A stretch of DNA of 32,000 nt, from contig NZ_CP008796.1 of NCBI RefSeq assembly GCF_000734015.1, forward strand, positions 600,001 through 632,000, given 5' to 3'. Positions 17,597 through 25,342 of the stretch are shown in pieces. The notes under the pieces were generated by a model. It was not told the DNA's origin and did no database searches. It saw nothing but the letters and a program-made list of their open reading frames with translations. Position 1 is the stretch's first letter; each line of letters begins with the position of its first letter. A program made the translations under genes and the position numbers. The stretch comes from Thermodesulfobacterium commune DSM 2178 (GTDB lineage: Bacteria; Desulfobacterota; Thermodesulfobacteria; Thermodesulfobacteriales; Thermodesulfobacteriaceae).

Positions 17597-17605
17597 TGAT
17601 ATAAT
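17597..17605 (+). promoter_or_regulatory. Extended -10 element TGaTATAAT immediately upstream of smc
   Basis: TGATATAAT lies at 17597-17605. Six nt (acacct, no SD) separate it from the GTG start at 17612. Confidence 0.4.
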
Positions 17606-17611
17606 ACACCT

Positions 17612-20600
17612 GTGTTTCTAAAGAAAATAGAAATCTACGGTTTTAAGTCCTTCCCTTATAAAGTTACCATTCCATTTTCACCAGGAATTACAGGGATAGT
17701 AGGGCCAAACGGAGCTGGAAAAAGTAACGTCCTTGATGCAATTAAATGGGTCTTAGGGGAACAAAGTCCTAAAAAACTCAGGGTTAAAGAGCTTTCAGAC
17801 CTTATCTTCGCAGGTAATGAAGACAAAAAAAAGGTGGATTTTGCTGAAGTAAGGATGACCATAAACCATGACCCTCCAGTATGGGAAAAATACAAAGATT
17901 TTCCGGAGGTAGTCATTACCAGAAGATTTTACCGAAACGGAGAAAGTGAATTTTTTATTAATCAAAAGCCTTGCCGACTTAAAGACATCCAGTTTTTGTT
18001 TTTAGAATTAGGGATCAACACCCAATCTTATAGTATCATAGACCAGGGAGAAGTATCTAAGTTTATAGAACTTTCACCTAAAGAAAGAAGAATATTTTTA
18101 GAAGACTTGGCAGGGGTTTCTAAGTTTAAAATCACCGAAGAAGAAACCAAAAAAAACCTAAAACTTACTGAAGAAAACCTAATCAGATTAAACGATGTGT
18201 TAAAGGAGGTAGAAAATCAATATCATCATCTTAAAAAACAAGCTGAAGAAGCCAAACAATACCTTAATCTTAAACAAAGGTTAGAAAAACTAATAGCAGA
18301 AAAAAACCTATATCTTTGGAAAAAAAACCATCAAGAAAAAAAGGAAATAGAAACTAACATCTTAGGTTTAAAAGAAGAAATCTCTCAAACGGAAAAACAA
18401 ATAGAAGTTTTAGAAACCGAAGAGCACGTTCTTTCTCAAAAACTTTTAGGTTTAGAAAATACCATAAGAAGCTTGAGAGAAGAGCTTGAAAGTAAAGAAA
18501 AAATCTATAAAGACTGGGAAGTAAGATTTGGCAACCTACTAAGAGAAGAAAGAGACCTTGTGCATAGGATTGACAAAGAAAAAGTAAAAGAAGAAACTGA
18601 AAAAAGGCAGTTAGAAGCCTTAGATAAAGAAAATCATAACATAGAAGAAACCCTAAACAAACTAAAAAACCAGGCAGAAAAATTAAAAACTCAGTTAGAA
18701 AAACTCAAAACTCAAAAAGAAACACTTAAAAACCTGTATGAAGAAAAACTATCTGAATTTAAAACACAGGAAGAAACTTTTTTCCGGTTGCAAAAAGAGG
18801 TAGAAAAATTTAACGAAAAAAAACATCTTCTTGAGAGAGAAATTCAAAATTTAACCAGAGAAAAAGAATCCGCTAAAAAGTTTTATCAAAATTTAAAGTT
18901 AGAAAAAGAAAAATTAGAAAAAGAAAGTACTTTATGGAATAATTTAATCGATGAAAAAGAGCAAAAACTAAAAAAATTAACCAACGAAGAAGAACTTCTA
19001 TCTAAAGAAATAGAAAAACTCATACAAAAATCCAACCAGCTAAAACTTGCTGCCGAAAACTTAAAGGGAGAAAAAAAATCTATAGAAGAAAGAATTTTAT
19101 TAATCAACAGGTTATTACCTAACAAAGATAAAAACTCTTTTAAAAACTTACCCTTTCATGTTGATTTTTTGCCAAATTTTTTGAATGTAAAAGAAAAGGA
19201 AGATTTGGACTTATTAGAAATAGTGTTTAAAGAAGATCTAAACGCTCTTTTAATAGAGGGAATCCCTCATATCAAAACAATCTCAGGATACGTAAAAGAA
19301 AATACCCCCCTTTTCCTTAAAAATCCAGAGTTTATAAGGTTTTTTGAAATAAAAAAAGAGGGAGAGCTTACAGAAGCACTTTTAGAAAGTTATGCCAAAA
19401 ATCCTCGTTTTATCTATGTTAAAAAAGAAGGTTTACTTTTTACTCCATTTGGGTTTATTTATGTTTTAAAGAAAAAAAATGAAGGTAAGATTCGTCTTCA
19501 AAAGGAATTAGAAGAACTTTATCAAGCAAAAATACAGGTTGAAGATAGACTTAAAGCCTTAACGTTAGAAGAACAAAATCTAAAAGAAAGGTTATCTTCT
19601 TATCAAACTAAACGCAATCAATTTTTAAATGAAATAAAAAAGCTAAAAGCTGAGATAGAAAACATACAAAAACAAAAACAAAATTTTCAACTTTCATGGG
19701 TAAAAATCGAAGAAAAAGAAAGCAATGTTAAAGAAAGACTGAATCAAATCAGTCAAGAGATTAATAGACTTAACCAGGAAAAAGAAGAAATTGAAAATCA
19801 GTTCCATCTCGTTAAAAATGAATTAGAAAAAAATAAAGAAACCTATCAAAAAACCAAGGCAGAAATAACTGGTTTAGAAAAACAAATTAAAGACATAGAA
19901 ACTTCGTTAAACAAACTTCTCCAAGAAACAATCCAAATAAAAACCAAAAGAGATAGCCTTTTACAAAGAAAAACAGAGATTCAAAAACAGACTGAAAAAC
20001 TAAAAAATAATCTAAAAACATATCAAAATTCTATAGACCTCCTTCAACAACAACTCCTACATATAAAAGAAAGATTAAAAGAAGTCAGAGAAAAAAAAGA
20101 TTCTTATTTAAAAGAGATAGAAGGTTTAAAAAAAGATTTAGACAAAGTTAATCAACAAAAAATTGAAGTAGAAAAAAACTTACGTTCTTTAGAGCAACAA
20201 AAAAAACAAAAAGAAAAAGAGATTAAGAACTTAGAAACCCAAATCTATAACTTGGAAATAAGGCTTACTGAGAAAAAACTTTTGTTAGAAAATCTAAAAC
20301 AAGCTTTAGAAGGAGTAGAGTTTGATCCCTTTTCTCTTGAAAATGAAGAATTAGATAATAAAATAGATTTAAATCTTTTAGAAAAAGAAATTCAAAAGTT
20401 AAAAGAAGATTTAAAAAATTTTCAAGAGATAAATTTAGCCAGTATCAAAGAATTTGAAGTAATTTCTGAAAGATACCATCAACTTCTTAATCAAAAAGAA
20501 GATTTAGAAAAAGGAATCGCAAAACTTCAAGAAATTCTCGAAAATCTCAAACAGCTTTCTAAGGAAAAAATCCAAACTACTTTACAAGAAGTAAACCAAA

Positions 20601-21064
20601 AGCTCTCTGAAATTTTTTCCCTGATTTTTAAGGGAGGAGATGCTCAACTTATCTTTAATGGAGATGACCTTTTAACCGCGGGACTTGATTTTCAAGTTAA
20701 AATACCAGGAAAAAACATAAAACATCTAAACATGCTTTCCGGAGGGGAAAAAGCTCTGTGTGTATTGGCAATTTTGATAGCTTTTTATCTGGTAAAACCA
20801 GGACCATTCTGTATTTTTGACGAGGTGGATGCACCACTTGACGAAAAAAATTCTCTTAAATTCATCAGGTTATTAAATCTTATAAAGAAAAATTCTCAAA
20901 TTATCCTTGTAACCCATAATCCTAACGTGATGAAAGAAGTAGATACCCTTTTAGGGGTAACCATGGAAGAAAAAGGAATCTCTAAGGTTTTTATCATAAA
21001 ACCCTTTGAAAGGGTTAACGAAGGTAGGTATCCAGAAGATTGGTTAAAGCATGCTCAGAGATAA
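17612..21064 (+). CDS. smc: Chromosome segregation protein SMC
   Basis: 1150 aa. The N-terminus FLKKIEIYGFKSF plus Walker A GPNGAGKSN is followed by long K/E/L-rich coiled coils, then the C-terminal signature LSGGEKAL and Walker B CIFDEVDAPLD. The start is GTG, and a stop lies in frame 15 nt upstream. Confidence 0.9.
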   Translation: MFLKKIEIYGFKSFPYKVTIPFSPGITGIVGPNGAGKSNVLDAIKWVLGEQSPKKLRVKELSDLIFAGNEDKKKVDFAEVRMTINHDPPVWEKYKDFPEVVITRRFYRNGESEFFINQKPCRLKDIQFLFLELGINTQSYSIIDQGEVSKFIELSPKERRIFLEDLAGVSKFKITEEETKKNLKLTEENLIRLNDVLKEVENQYHHLKKQAEEAKQYLNLKQRLEKLIAEKNLYLWKKNHQEKKEIETNILGLKEEISQTEKQIEVLETEEHVLSQKLLGLENTIRSLREELESKEKIYKDWEVRFGNLLREERDLVHRIDKEKVKEETEKRQLEALDKENHNIEETLNKLKNQAEKLKTQLEKLKTQKETLKNLYEEKLSEFKTQEETFFRLQKEVEKFNEKKHLLEREIQNLTREKESAKKFYQNLKLEKEKLEKESTLWNNLIDEKEQKLKKLTNEEELLSKEIEKLIQKSNQLKLAAENLKGEKKSIEERILLINRLLPNKDKNSFKNLPFHVDFLPNFLNVKEKEDLDLLEIVFKEDLNALLIEGIPHIKTISGYVKENTPLFLKNPEFIRFFEIKKEGELTEALLESYAKNPRFIYVKKEGLLFTPFGFIYVLKKKNEGKIRLQKELEELYQAKIQVEDRLKALTLEEQNLKERLSSYQTKRNQFLNEIKKLKAEIENIQKQKQNFQLSWVKIEEKESNVKERLNQISQEINRLNQEKEEIENQFHLVKNELEKNKETYQKTKAEITGLEKQIKDIETSLNKLLQETIQIKTKRDSLLQRKTEIQKQTEKLKNNLKTYQNSIDLLQQQLLHIKERLKEVREKKDSYLKEIEGLKKDLDKVNQQKIEVEKNLRSLEQQKKQKEKEIKNLETQIYNLEIRLTEKKLLLENLKQALEGVEFDPFSLENEELDNKIDLNLLEKEIQKLKEDLKNFQEINLASIKEFEVISERYHQLLNQKEDLEKGIAKLQEILENLKQLSKEKIQTTLQEVNQKLSEIFSLIFKGGDAQLIFNGDDLLTAGLDFQVKIPGKNIKHLNMLSGGEKALCVLAILIAFYLVKPGPFCIFDEVDAPLDEKNSLKFIRLLNLIKKNSQIILVTHNPNVMKEVDTLLGVTMEEKGISKVFIIKPFERVNEGRYPEDWLKHAQR

Positions 21065-21368
21065 GAGAAGTTAAAGTTTCTCTATCTTTCATAGGCATTT
21101 CGATAAATTTTACCCCAAATTCTGTGTTAAACCTTTCGGTTTTTACCCACCTAATTTCTGCTTTACATTTGATAGAACTTTTCCATTTTATCAATAAGTT
21201 GATAATATCTCCTTCATACAAAGGTATATCTCTATCAGTTTTTAGGCGAGCACCTTCTATGCTTAAATCTAAAATCTCTACCTGAAAAACCTGCCCTTTC
21301 TCTGTAGCAACCTTACCCTCCAAACGAATCTTATAGCGGGTATAATACCTTTTATCTTTTTCATACAT
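21015..21368 (-). CDS. Single-domain PilZ protein (putative c-di-GMP receptor)
   Basis: 117 aa with canonical RxxxR (RYKIR, aa 11-15) and DxSxxG (DLSIEG, aa 34-39) at normal spacing. It starts 12 nt downstream of valS on the same strand. Its 3' end overlaps the smc 3' end by 50 nt. Confidence 0.8.
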   Translation of the reverse strand: MYEKDKRYYTRYKIRLEGKVATEKGQVFQVEILDLSIEGARLKTDRDIPLYEGDIINLLIKWKSSIKCKAEIRWVKTERFNTEFGVKFIEMPMKDRETLTSLISEHALTNLLDTYLR

Positions 21369-21380
21369 AAAAAACTCTTT

Positions 21381-24029
21381 TCAGTTTTTTTGCAGGTCTT
21401 CTATATAACGCAAGACGACTTTAAGCCTATCCATAAGCTCTTGATAGGTTCCTCTTTCTTTTTCCACTACCTCCTTAGGTGCTTTTTCTAAAAATTCCTG
21501 GTTGTTAAGTTTTTTTTCTATTTGTTTTAACTTAGACTCAAGTTTTTCCTTTTCTTTGGTTAACCTTTGCAACTCTTTTTCTAAATCTATAAGGTTTTCT
21601 AAGTTTATTAAAACTTCCCCTTTAGATAAAATATAGGATACTTCTCCTTTACTTTTAATATGTTGTTTTACGCCCTCGATTTTCTTTACCTTAGCCAAAA
21701 ACTCTATTACCTCTTTTTCTTGAGATAAAAGATTTAAATATTGATCTTCAGAACAATGATAAAAAACTTCTAGATCTGTCTTAGCCGTAAGACCGTATTC
21801 TGCTTTAATATTTCTTATCCCAACCGTTAATTCCTGTAAAAATTGAACTCTTTTTTCTGCTAACTCATCTATCAAATCTTCTTTAAAAACAGGATAATTA
21901 GTTTTTATTATATGTTCTGTATCTTTTTTTGGCAAGTGAGCCCAAATCTCTTCAGTAACAAAAGGAATAAAAGGATGAAGTAATTTTAGACAAGTGGTTA
22001 ACACCTCTAACAATACCTTTTGCGTTTGAAGTTTTGTTTCTTCTTTTCTAAGGTAAACTTTGGCTACTTCTAAAAACCAATCGCAAAATTTACCCCAGAA
22101 AAAGTAATAAACCTCCATAGCTGCCTGATCAAACTCAAATTCTTCCAGTTTTTCTCTGACCTTTTTAACCGTTCTCTGAAGTTCAGAAAGTATCCATTTG
22201 TGCCACAAAGGAAGTTTGGCTGGTTCTATTTCTACTTCAGCGGACTCTTTTTCAATGTTCATAAGGACAAACCTACTTGCGTTCCATATCTTGTTGATAA
22301 AATGTTTAAACCCCTCAATCCTTGCCTCAGATAGCTTTATATCCCTACCTTGAGCAGCAAGGGCTATCAGGGTAAACCTTAGGGCATCTGCCCCATATTT
22401 TTCTATCATTACCAAGGGGTCTATCACATTCCCCCTGCTTTTACTCATCTTTTGACCTTTTTCATCCCTAACCAAAGCATGTATGTAAACTTTTTGGAAA
22501 GGTATTTGCCCCATAAAATGAATTCCCATCATGATCATACGAGCTACCCAAAAGAAAATGATATCAAAACTGGTAACCAAGACAGAGGTGGGATAAAAAG
22601 TGGTTAAAGTTTCTGTTTTTTCAGGCCATCCCATCGTAGAAAAAGGCCAAAGAGCTGAAGAAAACCAGGTATCAAGAACATCTTCATCTTGATAAACCTT
22701 TTCAGAATTACAAACAGGACATTTTTCTACGAGTTCTTCCTTACTGACGATGGTTTCCCCACAGTCTTTACAATACCACACAGGTATACGATGTCCCCAC
22801 CATATTTGACGAGAGATACACCAATCTCTTATGTTTCTCATCCAATCAAAATAAAGATTCGTCCAGTTTTCTGGTATAAACTTTATAAACCCATACTCTA
22901 CAGCTGCTATAGCAGGTTGAGCCAAAGGTTTGGTAGCCACAAACCACTGTTTAGAAACCAAAGGCTCTATTACCGTATCACATCTATAACAGTGTCCTAG
23001 TATAAGCTTATAATCTTCCTCTTTTTCAAGAAACCCCTGAGTTTTTAAATCCTCCAATACCTTTTTTCTCGCTTCATATCTTTCTAGTCCTTTATAAGGC
23101 CCAGCTTCTTCTGTCATAAAACCATCTTCACCTATTACCTTTATTAAAGGCAGGTTGTGTCTTTTTGCCATTTCAAAGTCAGCAAAATCATGAGCTGGAG
23201 TAACCTTTACCGCACCTGTTCCAAATTCAGGGTCTACTGCCTTGTCTGCTATTATCGGTATTTTTCTTTTTATTAAAGGAAGAACCAAAAACTTACCGAT
23301 TAATCCTTTATATCTTTCGTCGTCAGGATTTACAGCAACCGCGGTATCCCCTAACATGGTCTCAGGTCTGGTGGTTGCTACCACCACAAAACCACTACCA
23401 TCTTCTAAAGGATACTTTAAGTACCAGAGTTTTCCCTGAGTTTCTCTCATCTCTACCTCTAAATCAGCAAGAGCAGTGCCACAACGAGGGCACCAATTTA
23501 TGATATAATCCCCCCGATAGATAAGACCTTCTTTCCAAAGGTTTACAAAAACCTCTTTAACTGCCCTCGAAAGACCTTCGTCCATCGTAAACCTTTGGTA
23601 TGACCAACTACAACTTGCCCCTAACTTTTTCAACTGGTCTATGATGATGTTTCCACATCTTTCTTTCCATTGCCAAACCCTTTCTATAAATTTCTCCCTT
23701 CCTAAGGCTTGTCTGGTCAAACCTTCTTTAGCGATTTCTTTCTCTACCACGTTTTGGGTAGCTATTCCTGCATGGTCAGTCCCCGGAACCCATAAAACAT
23801 CGTATCCATCCATTCTTTTATAACGTGCTAACACATCTTGTATGGTGTTGTTTAAGGCATGACCTATATGTAAAACCCCTGTTACGTTTGGAGGAGGGAT
23901 AACTATAGAAAATTTTGGTTTATTCTTGTCAAAAGATGGTTCAAAATACCCTTTCTCTTCCCATACTTTATACCATTTGTTTTCTACTTTTTTAGGATCA
24001 TAACTTTTGTCAAGGTTCAACTCGATCAA
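21381..24029 (-). CDS. valS: Valine--tRNA ligase
   Basis: 882 aa with class I motifs HIGH (LHIGHALN) and KMSKS (GQKMSKSRGN), an editing domain and a C-terminal coiled coil. The start is TTG, preceded by a strong SD (AAAGGAGGGAAGGGCT-TTG). Confidence 0.97.
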   Translation of the reverse strand: MIELNLDKSYDPKKVENKWYKVWEEKGYFEPSFDKNKPKFSIVIPPPNVTGVLHIGHALNNTIQDVLARYKRMDGYDVLWVPGTDHAGIATQNVVEKEIAKEGLTRQALGREKFIERVWQWKERCGNIIIDQLKKLGASCSWSYQRFTMDEGLSRAVKEVFVNLWKEGLIYRGDYIINWCPRCGTALADLEVEMRETQGKLWYLKYPLEDGSGFVVVATTRPETMLGDTAVAVNPDDERYKGLIGKFLVLPLIKRKIPIIADKAVDPEFGTGAVKVTPAHDFADFEMAKRHNLPLIKVIGEDGFMTEEAGPYKGLERYEARKKVLEDLKTQGFLEKEEDYKLILGHCYRCDTVIEPLVSKQWFVATKPLAQPAIAAVEYGFIKFIPENWTNLYFDWMRNIRDWCISRQIWWGHRIPVWYCKDCGETIVSKEELVEKCPVCNSEKVYQDEDVLDTWFSSALWPFSTMGWPEKTETLTTFYPTSVLVTSFDIIFFWVARMIMMGIHFMGQIPFQKVYIHALVRDEKGQKMSKSRGNVIDPLVMIEKYGADALRFTLIALAAQGRDIKLSEARIEGFKHFINKIWNASRFVLMNIEKESAEVEIEPAKLPLWHKWILSELQRTVKKVREKLEEFEFDQAAMEVYYFFWGKFCDWFLEVAKVYLRKEETKLQTQKVLLEVLTTCLKLLHPFIPFVTEEIWAHLPKKDTEHIIKTNYPVFKEDLIDELAEKRVQFLQELTVGIRNIKAEYGLTAKTDLEVFYHCSEDQYLNLLSQEKEVIEFLAKVKKIEGVKQHIKSKGEVSYILSKGEVLINLENLIDLEKELQRLTKEKEKLESKLKQIEKKLNNQEFLEKAPKEVVEKERGTYQELMDRLKVVLRYIEDLQKN

Positions 24030-24080
24030 AGCCCTTCCCTCCTTTTCTCGTTTTCTTCTATAGTCTTACCAACCCAATTA

Positions 24081-24968
24081 CTATTGTTCAGTAAAAACTA
24101 CCTGAGTCCCTACACCTTCGTCGGTAAAAAGTTCTATGATTAAGCTATGAGGCACTCTTCCGTCTATGATATGTACCTTCTTGACCCCCCCTGTTAAAGC
24201 CTTTTTGGCACTCTTTAACTTAGGGATCATACCTCCTTTTGCGATACCTGTTTCTATCAATCGGTCTATATCTTTTATGGTTAATGTAGAAATTAAGTTC
24301 CCTTTTTCATCCTTAACTCCTTCTACATCAGAAAGGTAAACCAATTTTTCGGCTTTAAGAGCAACAGCCAAGGCTCCTGCCACTAAATCTGCGTTTATGT
24401 TATAAGCCTCTCCGTCGGGTCCTATTCCTACTGGAGCAATAACCGGAATAAAATCATTTTCTATCAAAGTAAAAAGGATCTGAGGATTAACCTCTTTTAC
24501 TTTCCCTACTCTTCCTATGTCTATGATTTCTGGAGGTCTATCTTCCCCTCTGTATTTATAAACCTTCATTTTTTCTGCAACGATAAGCTCTCCGTCTCTT
24601 CCAGAAAGTCCTACTGCCTTTACTCCAGCTCGGTTTAACAAACTCACGATGTTTTTGTTCACCGTCCCTACCAGCACCATCTCAACCACGTTCATGGTTT
24701 CTTCATCTGTAACCCTCTGCCCTTCTATAAACACAGGTTTTAACCCCATCCGTTCCATAACTTGATTAATCTGAGGTCCTCCTCCATGGACTATCACAGG
24801 ACAAATCCCTACATATTTCATCAAAGCAATGTCCTGAGCAAAGTTTTGTTTAAGAGATGGATCTACCATGGCATGACCGCCATATTTAATAACCATGATT
24901 TTTTTATAAAACTCTCTAAAATAAGGTAAAGCCGAGATAAGTATCTTTGCCTTTTCTAATATTTCCAT
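24081..24968 (-). CDS. argB: Acetylglutamate kinase
   Basis: 295 aa in the amino-acid kinase fold, with VIKYGGHAM, VHGGGPQI and NINADLVAG motifs. SD GGAGGAGGAG lies upstream. Confidence 0.95.
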   Translation of the reverse strand: MEILEKAKILISALPYFREFYKKIMVIKYGGHAMVDPSLKQNFAQDIALMKYVGICPVIVHGGGPQINQVMERMGLKPVFIEGQRVTDEETMNVVEMVLVGTVNKNIVSLLNRAGVKAVGLSGRDGELIVAEKMKVYKYRGEDRPPEIIDIGRVGKVKEVNPQILFTLIENDFIPVIAPVGIGPDGEAYNINADLVAGALAVALKAEKLVYLSDVEGVKDEKGNLISTLTIKDIDRLIETGIAKGGMIPKLKSAKKALTGGVKKVHIIDGRVPHSLIIELFTDEGVGTQVVFTEQ

Positions 24969-24986
24969 AATATAAACTCCTCCTCC

Positions 24987-25328
24987 TTACCAAAGAGCAG
25001 GGGCATGAATAATGTAACATCTCATAGGAACTTCTCCTTTTACTTTTAAACCATGCTCCTCTTTAGGAAGTATGGTTACGATATCTCCAGCCTTGATAGG
25101 TTCCCACTTTCCATTAATAAAAATTTCTCCTTCTCCTTGAAGCACAAAGATGGTATCAGCCTCTTTTTCGTGGGTATGTATAGGGAGTTCTGTTTCACCA
25201 GGAATTTCAAGAATGGTTATACTTGCTTCACAACATACGTCTTTGGTAACCACAAAACCTATTTTTACCCCATCAAACTTAGGATGAGGTTTCATCTCAA
25301 CATCAGCTATGTTAATTTTAACTCCCAT
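24987..25328 (-). CDS. Small cupin-domain protein (metal-binding HxH...E...H motif)
   Basis: Cupin motifs are PIHTHEKEADTIFVLQGEG and AGDIVTILPKEEHGL. The ORF track starts at 25343, where the ATG shares one base with the upstream TAA (TAATG). The second ATG at 25328 is preceded by AAGGAGG at 5-6 nt, so I prefer it. Both starts give the same stop at 24987. Confidence 0.7.
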   Translation of the reverse strand: MGVKINIADVEMKPHPKFDGVKIGFVVTKDVCCEASITILEIPGETELPIHTHEKEADTIFVLQGEGEIFINGKWEPIKAGDIVTILPKEEHGLKVKGEVPMRCYIIHAPALW

Positions 25329-25342
25329 CTGCCCCTCCTTCA

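Noticed and set aside
18200-20400. Periodic A-rich repeats (for example ...aaaaactcagttagaaaaactcaaaactcaaaaag...) that superficially resemble a repeat array
   Set aside because: They lie in frame within the SMC coiled coil and encode K/E/L/Q heptads. They lack the repeat-spacer architecture of a CRISPR array or a tandem-repeat locus.
17612-21064. SMC as a Wadjet/Lamassu-type defence SMC
   Set aside because: Its length, head motifs and N-terminus are those of the canonical chromosomal SMC. No JetA/B/D- or LmuA-like genes are adjacent. Only the hinge is unusual, and that is reported separately.
22689-23823. Three plus-strand ORFs (103, 65 and 60 aa) antisense to valS
   Set aside because: The reasoning is the same: they are nested antisense ORFs in a highly conserved gene, with no recognisable motifs or translation signals.
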